A DNA stretch of 64,000 nt from Eledone cirrhosa (taxonomy: Eukaryota), in the NCBI GenBank assembly GCA_964016885.1, contig OZ024763.1, positions 20,088,001 through 20,152,000 on the forward strand, in the 5' to 3' direction. Positions 26,881 through 37,339 of this stretch are shown here, in pieces. Every line of letters begins with the position of its first letter. Within the stretch, counting starts at the first letter, position 1. The position numbers were made by a program, and so were the translations under genes. The notes under the pieces are model-generated. The model did not search any database, was not told the DNA's origin, and saw only the letters and a program-made list of their open reading frames with translations.

Positions 26881-27825
26881 CGCTTCCACACATTCATATA
26901 CACTCACACATATATATATACGCTTATACACATTCATATACACATATATATATACGCTCATACACATTCATATACACACACATATATATACGCTCATACA
27001 CATTCATATACACCCACACACATATATATACACTCACAATATACACTCACATATATATATACACTCACACATACATATACGTTCACACACATTCATATAC
27101 ACTCACACACATACGCTCACAAATACACACATACGCTCACACATACACATACGCTCACACATACACATACGCTCACACATACACATACGCTCACACATAC
27201 ACATACGCTCACACATATACATACGCTCACACATACTCACTCACACACCTGCTCACTCACATACGCGCTCACACACTCATACCGCTCATATACGTATGCA
27301 TAAATACACACACACCGCTCATACACATATGCACACACACACACACACATGCACAGAAGCACTCAATCACAAACACGCTCACACACATACACATACTGCT
27401 CATACACACGCACTCATACATATATGGTCTCACGTATACGTAAGCTCACACACACCACTCACACACGCGCTTAAACAGATGCACGCTCACACACATACGC
27501 TCACACACACGCTGACATACATACACACACACATACATAGATGTTCATACATACACACACACACATAGATGCTCATACATACACATTAACATATTTACAT
27601 GCTCATACACACACACACATAAATGCTCATACATATACAATACGTATGCTCACGCACGTATATTATATATGCATACACACGCACATACACACGTACTCAC
27701 ACACACACTCAGGCTCACATACACACGCACATATATATGCATACCTATACGTATATTTATTTATGCATACATACATGCATATACTTATACTTACATATAT
27801 TTATATATACACATGTATACATAAA
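26110..27825. repeat. Degenerate CA/TA minisatellite (ATACGCTCATACACATTCATATACAC-like) with an inverted segment near 26280-26400
   Basis: Seen directly in the sequence. Confidence 0.85.
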
Positions 27826-28017
27826 CAGAAAGATAAAACCTTTTTAAAAGCACGACCTCGCTTTGTTTCGACTCTGGCTGACTGAAAAATATCGTGTCTA
27901 TGTGTATATCAATGTATGTATGTGCATATATGTCTGCGTGTATGTATGTGCATATATGTGTGTATGTATGTATGTATGTATGTATGTATGTATGTATGTA
28001 TGTATGTATGTATGTAT

Positions 28018-28577
28018 CCCAGTACAACCTGTCTCATGGTCGGGTCGTTGGCGACTAAACTGGCAACCCCACCAAGGTTTCTTGGTGAGGAGGGTGACTT
28101 TGGACATCCTGCAGGACTAAAAACAAAACCTGTCAAAGGGCAAAGGAGCTCTTAAGAGTCAATGGCCATCCAAAATCACCGGGAGAGATGACCCCATAGC
28201 TTTTGTCAAGGCAGAATTCTAGGAGAAGGAAAACTCTGATATAACACCTGCAACCCTGATGGTATCCAATGATGTTGACTTGTTCTTCTTTTTGGTAAAT
28301 ATCATCTTGGTTAAGAGAGTGGGACTGGCTTTGTGCAGTGCCTTTGCTCACTATAAAAGCTTCACGGCACAGGCATTGCTTTATATGTGGAGATCTCTCT
28401 GCACTTGTCCTCACATGGTACCATGGGCCCCGCACTATGTGTCAATAATTGTCACAAGTGTAGTGTTTGTACCAGAGTTTTCAAGTCGCTGGCTGGACTA
28501 AAAAGTCACGCTCGTTTGGGGTTTTCCTACATGGATATAAAGTAGTGGCCGTACTCGAAAACGAGTTGGCAGCCACC
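28018..28577 (+). mobile_element. Non-autonomous bipartite RTE derivative
   Basis: 5' module as at 17563 and 31173. The last about 170 bp match 30946-31126, including the last zinc-finger coding segment. Flanked by (ATGT)n. Confidence 0.8.
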
Positions 28578-28686
28578 ATGTATGTATGTATGTATGTATG
28601 TATGTATGTATGTATGTATGTATGTATGTATGTATGTATGTATGTATGTATGTATGTATGTATGCGATAAATATATTAGTAAGAAG

Positions 28687-28722
28687 TCTTAGTGTTTCGG
28701 ACATCAGTCCTTCATCAGAAGA
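28687..28722 (-). ncRNA. Degenerate minimal hammerhead-like core
   Basis: TCTT-CTGATGA-A[GGAC tgat GTCC]-GAAA-CACT-AAGA; the cleavage-site positions are non-canonical. Confidence 0.45.
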
Positions 28723-28815
28723 TAGAATGAGAGATAAAAGATGTAATAGATAGTGAGAAGAGGAAATCATTTTGGTGTGTGTGTGTGTGTGTGTGTATAT
28801 GTATGTATGTATGTA

Positions 28816-30332
28816 TGTTTGCCATATACTTTGCAATGGTTTTCTGTATTGCATTCAGGAATTGCGAGCATGGTGTTTACATCCGATATCGAACCCCAGG
28901 AGGCATATTTAACATCAGGCGCTTTGCTGCAAAGACAAAAGTATTTACATCAATCATAAGAGACCTCTTGTATGCAGATGATTGCGATCTTGTAGCGCAC
29001 ACAGAGAGTGATATGCAGCACATTTTGAATGCATTTTCTTACGCTTGCACTGCCCTGGGTTTGACTGTCAGTCTGAAGAAAACCGTCGTCATGTACCAAC
29101 CTGCCCCTAGTAAGCAGTACACTGAACCAAACATCTATGTGTATGGCAAACGACTTGGAGTGGTTGATCAGTTTGTCTACCTGGGAAGCACTGTCAATCG
29201 ATACGGCAACCTTGACAGTGAAATCTCACTTAGGATTAGGAAAGCAAGTGATGCTTTCGGAAAGCTAGAAAGGCGACTCTGGGGTCGGCGAGACATATGC
29301 AGGAGGACAAAGATAAGGGTGTACAGGGCATGTGTACTCTTTTGTCTTCTTTATGCCTGCGAGACCTGGGTCACATATCGACACCACCTTAAGCAATTGG
29401 AGCGTTTCCATCAGATGTGTCTCAGACGGATCCATGGCGTTCACTGGAGGGACCACATCAGTGATGTCGAGATTTTGGAAAGCTCTATGTGTGACAGTAT
29501 AGAAGCTCTTGTGCTTAAGCAACGACTCCGTTGGAGTGGTCACCTTGCCAGGATGAAGGATTCTAGAATACCAAAACAACTCTTCTATGGAGAGTTGGTT
29601 AAAGGAAAACGACCGCCACATAAACCAAAAAAGAGGTATAAGGATTCCTTGAAAGCCTCTCTGAAAGACGCTAACATCTCTGCTGATACATGGGAAAATG
29701 TTGCTGCTGATCGTAATAAATGGAGAAAGACTGTATATGAGGGAAAAGTTGCCTTTGAGGCATCTCGAATCGCACACGAGAAAGTAAAGCGGGATGTGAG
29801 GAAGGGCATTGCTGTTGCACTTCCAGACGGCGAGGGTCCTCCTATGGTGCTGACATGCAGCGTCTGTGCAAGACTCTGCCTAAGCAAAGCTGGACTCGAA
29901 AGTCATCTTCGCAGTCATAAAGTAAGACCAGTGGTTGACTACCAGGCTGCTGTTGGAGATGCTACTCATCATGCTTGCCAAACATGTGGTAGAGAATGTA
30001 AATCAGCAGGAGGGCTCAAGCGACATGCAAAAGTACACGAACTCCAACCACAGCCGACTATTCCCAGTGAATGTTTTGGTTGCCGACTCTGTGTAAGACA
30101 TTTTAGATCATTGGCTGGGCTAAAAAGCCACATTCGATCGCAGCACTGTTAGTGCTATCGTGTGTGTGTGTAGATATGCTTATGTGCGTGCGTGTGTATA
30201 TATATATATATATGTATATTATTATTGTTGTTGTCGTTATTATTATTATTGCTATTATTATTGTTATTGTTATTAATGTATGTGTGTGTGTGTATGTGTG
30301 TGTATGTGTATGTATGTGTGTATGTATATATG

Positions 30333-30377
<45 letters not shown>

Positions 30378-30475
30378 TTTAAATTTATTTATTATTATTA
30401 TTATTTTTATTTTTTTATTATTATTTTTTTTTTTCTCGTGCAATGGCCATACTCGATAACGAGGGGGCAGCCATC
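28816..30475 (+). mobile_element. 5'-truncated RTE-clade LINE (family A); RT plus three C-terminal C2H2 fingers
   Basis: LLYADD, FVYLGS, YACETW, RLRWSGH and QLFYGEL motifs. Fingers CSVC..HLRSH, CQTC..HAKVH and CRLC..HIRSQH. ORF uninterrupted to 30152; (ATGT)n tail. Confidence 0.92.
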
Positions 30476-30503
30476 ATGTATGTATGTATGTATGTATGTA
30501 TGT

Positions 30504-31126
30504 AGCTGCTTTATGGCGAGCTCCAAATGGGAAAAAGGAACGAGAGCAAACCCAAGATGCGTTTTAAGGACTGCATCAAGGGCGCGCTCAAGAAAAGTAA
30601 CATCCCTTGTGAGAACTGGGAAGCATATGCTAGCGACCGATCGCATTGGAGGAAAGCAGTGGCTAGTGGCATGAGTCTATTTGAGGAAACAAGAAGGCGG
30701 CACGCGACACTAAAAAGAGATGTCCGGAAAGGAATCAATGTTGGCCTTCCCGAACAGACGGCTTGACCTGACATGTGAGACCTGTAATAGGGTTTGTCTG
30801 AGCATGGCAAGTCTAAAGAGTCACCAGAGAGTTCACAAGAACAGGGAAGCAGGCACCTGTGGAGCTATGAGTGTTCATCAGACGACATGTAATGTTTGTG
30901 GAAGGGTAGGCAGGTTGAGTAGTGATCTCACACGACACCTTGGGTCACATGGTACCATGGGCCCAGCACTAGGTGTCAATAATTGTCACAAGTGTAGTGT
31001 TTGTACCAGAGTTTTCAAGTCGCTGGCTAGACTAAAATGTCACAGTCGTTCAGCGCATCGGTAGGGGTTCTCCTACATGGATATAAAGTAGTGGCCGTAC
31101 TCGAAAACGAGTTGGCAGCCACCACC
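30504..31126 (+). mobile_element. 5'-truncated RTE-clade LINE (family B) C-terminus with three C2H2 fingers
   Basis: LLYGELQMGKR..KPKMRFKD..WE..ASDRSHWR; one frameshift; CETC, CNVC and CSVC fingers; (ATGT)n tail. Confidence 0.88.
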
Positions 31127-31172
31127 ATGTATGTATGTATGTATGTATGTATGTATGTATGTATGTATGTAT

Positions 31173-31691
31173 GTCAGGTCGCTCTCTAGTGCTACTGGTA
31201 ACATGTAACCCTGTGCAATCTGTCTGATGGTCGGGTCATCGGCGACTAAACCGGCAACCCCACGAAGCTTGCTTGGTGAGGAGGGTGATATTTGGACACC
31301 TTGCGGGATGAAATACAAGACCCGGCAAAGGGCGGAAGAACTCCGCAGAGTCAACGGCCAACCAAATAGTAGATTTTGTTTTCACCTGGGAGTGAAAGGC
31401 CCCAGTTGTCACAACACCTTTCTAGGAGAGGGAAACTCTGAAAAAATAAAGCCTGTGGCTTCGGAAGCATCCGATGATGTTGACCAGTTCTCCTTTTCTG
31501 GTAGTTTTTTCGATGCTCAGAGAGTGGGTTGGACGAGTGCAGGGCCTTTCCCCACTTTAAACACTTTCAAAGCACAGACATTGCTTGTTCAGGATACGTT
31601 ACAGGTTGGTGTGGCTGGCCGTAGCCAGTGCACCAAACTCTGTAATCTGACAAGCGATTGCAATACTCTTAGCAGAGTTTGCAGCCATCAA
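31173..31691 (+). mobile_element. Non-autonomous bipartite RTE derivative with a third tail type
   Basis: Shared 5' module; ends GCAATACTCTTAGCAGAGTTTGCAGCCATCAAGTATG. Confidence 0.75.
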
Positions 31692-31789
31692 GTATGTATG
31701 TAGTAAAATTTGGTAGAAATATCCAAGGGTAAGAGCACTCAATCCATGGGACGAGTTAAGTATAATTGATTACAACAGTGACATATACA

Positions 31790-31990
31790 GGTACTTCTGT
31801 AGGTTTACCAGATAGACAGAAAATTGACAAGATTAAAGGACGCCCAAGGACAAGATGGTCAGACGACCTCACCAACCACCTGAGACCCTCATCAGCTGAC
31901 TGATACAGATACGGCCGCTGAGCCGCTTTCCAGTCATAAGTCTCCTGATGTGGTTCTGGAATGTAGAGGGCTTCTGAAGTGACATTGTCG
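31790..31990 (+). mobile_element. Old LINE (RTE-like) C-terminal remnant
   Basis: Encodes KGRPRTRWSDDLTNHL. Confidence 0.45.
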
Positions 31991-32003
31991 TCCAATATAT
32001 ATA

Positions 32004-32338
32004 TATAAACGTTTGTAGTTGTAAGGCCAAGACAATGCAGGTATGAATATAGAATATAAATGCTAATGCAAAAGATATTGTTGTCAATTAGTCTTTTACC
32101 TTAAATTTATTTAAATATCCTTAATTTTCGAGATAATATCTCTTCTTCGGAGGGAAGTAAAGTGGTTAATCCAGTGTATTAACCACTTTACTTCCCTCCG
32201 AAGAAGAGATATTAACTCGAAAATTAAGGATATTAAAATAAATTTAAGGTAAAATTCTAATTGTCAACAATATCTTTTGCATTTATATTCTATATCCATA
32301 CCTGCATTGTCTTGGCCTTACAACTACAAACGTTTATA
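32004..32338. mobile_element. About 165-bp-arm fold-back element with a hammerhead-like core in both arms
   Basis: Near-perfect inverted repeat with a 7-nt loop. Core CCT-CCGAAGA-A[GAG atattaa CTC]-GAAA-ATTA^-AGG. Confidence 0.6.
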
Positions 32339-32519
32339 CCTCATTACACAATGCTTCAAGTGAACTACAACTTCCTCCATTCATTCCTTGTATTTTGATC
32401 ATGCTTTATTTTTATTTATTATTTATTATATTTTTGTCTTTATTTGTTAATTTTTCATTCGCACCGTTTCCTTTCGCTATATGTCTCTCCACCACTCCCC
32501 TACACACCTTTTGAACTCT

Positions 32520-32553
32520 CACCTGAAGAAGGGCTTATGCCCGAAACGTCGTC
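32520..32553 (+). ncRNA. Minimal (Penelope-type) hammerhead motif
   Basis: CTGAAGA-A[GGGC ttat GCCC]-GAAA-CGTC^; stem I is only 2 bp. Confidence 0.55.
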
Positions 32554-32638
32554 CTCCACCTACCCCCCACTCTCCTGAGCGTGAATTTAATAAACATTTA
32601 TCGTACTGCCTCTCTGTTCTGTCCCTGTTCAATTTTTC

Positions 32639-32694
<56 letters not shown>

Positions 32695-32697
<3 letters not shown>

Positions 32698-32880
32698 CGA
32701 AGGAAATGTGGTAAGGAACCAGGTGGGCCATAACGCACCAAAGTACTCAATACTTAGGGTAGTAGAGTGGGTAATAGGAACGAGTAGGACCCCGACGGCT
32801 GAGCTCAAGCCGTTTCGACGGCTAATTCTGGACTCGAAACGGCTTGAGTTCAGCCGTCGGGGTCCTACTCGTTCCTATAT
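32695..32880 (-). mobile_element. Penelope-like element end with an inverted duplication, in (TA)n
   Basis: Inverted repeat TAGGAACGAGTAGGACCCCGACGGCTGAGCTCAAGCCGTTTCGA. Contains a 3' half-hammerhead GAAA-[CGGCT tgagctc AGCCG]-TC^. Sister copy at 61566-61674. Confidence 0.6.
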
Positions 32881-33544
32881 ATATATATGTATAGCTCCTT
32901 TATTGTAAGAGCTGATCCTTAATCCTGCATAAGCGGCTGTTATTTCTAGCACCGTGAATGTGGGATAGCTAGTTTTGGCCTGCCTACCCACGTGTAGTCA
33001 GACCTGCAAAATTTTTGATGTGAGATAGACTAATCTTACTGGATTCCTGTTGATAAGCACAGAAGATTTGGACATTTCACTCTTTTATTTCTATTCCATT
33101 TCGATTCTCTTTATTTTTCAATTCACATTCCACCGTTGCGAAACTTATTTGGGTTTCGAGGTTCAAATTCGTCTACAGAACAGGTTTGAATTTTTAAATT
33201 TAAATATGTCCAGGAATCATGGCCGTTGCCAATATAATCTTGTCTTTATTGACTTGTATCGAGACAGACAAATTGTATTCACTTTTATTAGTTTATTTCA
33301 TTAATAGCTAACTTTTTCTGTTGCAATGTAAACACATTTCGTGTTTATTATATACTTTAAATGTATTAACTGCTCGGAAGAGCCCCTTCCTGGAGCTTAA
33401 TTATTGTAAACGACTGAGAGTTTATTCTCAAAATATAATATAATATATATATATGTAGAAGTTATATTTAATTTGTTGGGATACAACAAGCAAATATTTT
33501 TATAACTGATATAAAGCATTCAACACATTTTTGGAGTAAAAATA

Positions 33545-33783
33545 CAATATATTAATAAATGGAAACTATATTTATAAAACCATATTTATTTCATTATACA
33601 TATTTCAAGGACACCAAAGCAAATTATGATGCGCTTTCATCAGATAAAATATAATATAGATCAGTTTTATAAACAAATATTGACATACCCTTAAAAGAAT
33701 GCGACCGTGTCTTGGTGTCCTTGAAATATGTATAATGAAATAAATATGGTTTTATAAATATAGTTTCGATTTATTAATATATT
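33545..33783. mobile_element. Penelope-like fold-back element, same family as 2696-2901
   Basis: About 70-bp inverted arms next to (TA)n. Confidence 0.65.
33582..33657 (-). ncRNA. Type I hammerhead ribozyme motif
   Basis: ATATTaTATTTTAT-CTGATGA-[AAG.GCATCA..TGGTGT.CTT]-GAAA-TA tg TA-TA^-ATGAAATA AATAT. Confidence 0.72.
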
Positions 33784-33799
33784 ATATATATATATATAT

Positions 33800-33875
<76 letters not shown>

Positions 33876-33904
33876 ATATGAAGAGAGAGAGAGAGAGAGA
33901 GAAT

Positions 33905-34290
33905 CCCGACCGCGGTTGTCAAGCGGTTTCGGCTTGTGTGTTCAGCAAAACTTTTCCAAAGGTTTAGGAATTTTGCCGGGTGTGCAAAATCATAGGTCAC
34001 TGGTTGGCATGGCAGTGCTCTGATTAAATTTGTCATTGTAGTAAGCTGGACTGAAGGGGCTTGTGTGTGAGCCTGTTTAGATATATTTACCATTCTCTGC
34101 CCTCTTCCACCTTTACCCATTCCTTCCCCATCCTTTTCCTCAGCCCTGCTGACCAGTGACACAACATTTGACCACACCATTGCCATGCCAGCCACTGATC
34201 TACTTTTTTTATTCATTCTGCAAACATTCCTACACTCTTGTAAAGGTTTGCTGAGCACTCAAGCTGAAACCTCTTCACACCGCGGTCGGG
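33905..34290. mobile_element. MITE with CCCG-starting TIRs (piggyBac-like)
   Basis: CCCGACCGCGG..GGTTTCGGCTTGTGTGTTCAGCAAA / TTTGCTGAGCACTCAAGCTGAAACC..CCGCGGTCGGG; any TTAA target is degenerate. Confidence 0.6.
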
Positions 34291-34523
34291 TTTATATTTA
34301 TCTCTATCGTAGATGTTGAGTACTCTCAGGATTTGTGGTCTCCTCTGTCTCAGCACCGCAGACGATATATGATTTCTCCCGAATGAAACAGTTCTCGTCC
34401 TGTAGAAGCCATTTCTATATTAAATATACTTCCTCTTTCACCAATGGCCAGCCAACACAGGCTGGAGATAGAATGTGTAGCAACAAGGGCGGTGCCGTAG
34501 CATGGCCTCAGCCGGATGGCTGA

Positions 34524-36700
34524 GACACTTTATTTCACCTTGCTCCAGTCCACTGAGTCCTTAAACAAGACACTTTATTTCACCTTGCTCCAGTCCACTG
34601 TCCTTGAACAAGACACTTTATTTCACCTTGCTCCAGTCCACTGTCCTTGAACAAGACACTTTATTTCACCTTGCTCCAGTCGACTGTGTCCTTGAGCAAG
34701 ACACTTTATTTCACCTTGCTCCAGTCGACTGTGTCCTTGAGCAAGACACTTTATTTCACCTTGCTCCAGTCCACTGTCCTTAAACAAGACACTTTATTTC
34801 ACCTTGCTCCAGTCGACTGTGTCCTTGAGCAAGACACTTTATTTCACCTTGCTCCAGTCCACTGTGTCCTTGAGCAAGACACTTTATTTCACCTTGCTCC
34901 AGTCCACTGTCCTTAAACAAGACACTTTATTTCACCTTGCTCCAGTCCACTGAGTCCTTAAACAAGACACTTTATTTCACCTTGCTCCAGTCCACTGTCC
35001 TTAAACAAGACACTTTATTTCACCTTGCTCCAGTCCACTGTGTCCTTGAGCAAGACACTTTATTTCACCTTGCTCCAGTCGACTGTGTCCTTGAGCAAGA
35101 CACTTTATTTCACCTTGCTCCAGTCCACTGTCCTTAAACAAGACACTTTATTTCACCTTGCTCCAGTCGACTGTGTCCTTGAGCAAGACACTTTATTTCA
35201 CCTTGCTCCAGTCCACTGTGTCCTTGAGCAAGACACTTTATTTCACCTTGCTCCAGTCCACTGTGTCTTTAAACAAGACACTTTATTTCACGTTGCTCCA
35301 GTCCACTGTGTCCTTGAGCAAGACACTTTATTTCACGTTGCTCCAGTCCACTGAGTCCTTGAACAAGACACTTTATTTCACCTTGCTCCAGTCCACTTTG
35401 TCCTTGAACAAGACACTTTATTTCACCTTGCTCCAGTCCACTGTGTCCTTAAACAAGACACTTTATTTCACGTTGCTCCAGTCCACTGTGTCCTTGAGCA
35501 AGACACTTCATTTCACCTTGCTCCAGACCACTGTGTCCTTGAACAAGACACTTTATTTCACCTTGCTCCAGTCCACTTTGTCCTTGAACAAGACACTTTA
35601 TTTCACCTTGCTCCAGTCCACTGTGTCCTTGAACAAGACACTTTATTTCACCTTGCTCCAGTCCACTGAGTCCTTGAGCAAGATACTTTATTTCACCTTG
35701 CTCCAGTCCACTGTGTCCGTGAACAAGACACTTTATTTCACCTTGCTCCAGTCCACTGTGTCCTTGAACAAGACACTTTATTTCACCTTGCTCCAGTCCA
35801 CTGTGTCCTTGAACAAGACACTTTATTTCACCTTGCTCCAGTCCACTGAGTCCTTAAACAAGACACTTTATTTCACCTTGCTCCAGTCCACTGAGTCCTT
35901 AAACAAGACACTTTATTTGACCTTGCTCCAGTCCACTGTGTCCTTGAACAAGACACTTTATTTCACCTTGCTCCAGTCCACTGTGTCCTTGAGCAAGACA
36001 CTTTATTTTACCTTGCTCCAGTCCACTGTGTCCTTGAACAAGACACTTTATTTCACCTTGCTCCAGTCCACTGTGTCCTTGAGCAAGACACTTTATTTCA
36101 CGTTGCTCCAGTCCACTGAGTCCTTAAACAAGACACTTTATTTCACCTTGCTCCAGTCCACTTTGTCCTTGAACAAGACACTTTATTTCACCTTGCTCCA
36201 GTCCATTGAGTCCTTGAGCAAAACACTTTATTTCACCTTGCTCCAGTCCACTGAGTCCTTGAGCAAAACACTTTATTTCACCTTGCTCCAGTCCACTGTG
36301 TCCTTGAATAAGACACTTTATTTCACCTTGCTCCAGTCCACTGAGTCCTTGAACAAAACACTTTATTTCACCTTGCTCCAGTCCACTGTGTCCTTGAACA
36401 AGACGCTTTATTTCACCTTGCTCCAGTCCACTGAGTCCTTGAGCAAGACACTTTATTTCACCTTGCTCCAGTCCACTGTGTCCTTGAACAAGACACTTTA
36501 TTTCACCTTGCTCCAGTCCACTGAGTCCTTGAACAAGACACTTTATTTCATGTTGCTCCAGTCCACTGTGTCCTTGAGCAAGACACTTTATTTCACCTTG
36601 CTCCAGTCCACTGTGTCCTTGAACAAGACACTTTATTTCACGTTGCTCCATTCAACTGTGTCCTTGAGCAAGACACTTTATTTCACCTTGCTCCTGTCCA
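34524..36700. repeat. 45-bp (43-bp variant) tandem array derived from the SINE family 2 core, about 48 copies
   Basis: GTGTCCTTGAGCAAGACACTTTATTTCACCTTGCTCCAGTCCACT. The array runs directly into the SINE 3' part (36700-36845). Confidence 0.95.
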
Positions 36701-36859
36701 CTCAGTTGGCAGAAATTAATTGCACCCTTCACCTTGTGACGCTATACGTCATGCTGAATCTCCCTGAGAGCTACGTTCGGGGTACACGTGTCTGTGGAAT
36801 GGTTGGCCACTGGAACATTCATCGTCAGAACCGACGGATGTTCAACATATGTATGAACG

Positions 36860-37260
36860 TACGTACGTGTGTGTGTGTGTGTGTGTGTGTATGAATCTAC
36901 ACGTGTGTTTATATGAATTTGTGTTCGTGTGTGTCCTATGTTTAAATATATATGCATTATATGTATGTTTATGTGTGTATATGTGTGTATGTATGTCTGT
37001 GTATGTGTGTATATATATATATGTATGTATCTGTGTATATATATATGTATGTGTGTGTATACGTGTGTATGTATATGAATGTCTATTTTATTTGGACATG
37101 TATGGTGTAAAACTGTATGAATGTGTGTGTGTGTATGTATGTGTGTGTATGTATGTATGTGTGTGTATGTGTGTGTGTGTGTATGTAAGTGTATGTATAT
37201 ATATATATATATATATATGTGTGTATATATATATATATTGTGTGTGTGTGTGTATATATT
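36860..37260. repeat. (GT)/(TA) microsatellite tract
   Basis: Seen directly in the sequence. Confidence 0.9.
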
Positions 37261-37339
37261 GATTGTACGGGTGACCGTACGTCGTCACTTGTTATTAATT
37301 CAGCTTGTCAGTACGTGCAAGTGGAACTGGTGTCGCTAG

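Noticed and set aside
28779-31064. Host C2H2 zinc-finger gene
   Set aside because: The fingers are fused to RTE RT C-termini, lack TGEKP linkers and end in LINE tails.
34524-36894. CRISPR-like regular repeat and 578-aa repetitive ORF
   Set aside because: No unique spacers and no cas genes. The unit is a SINE core, and the ORF exists because 45 is a multiple of 3.
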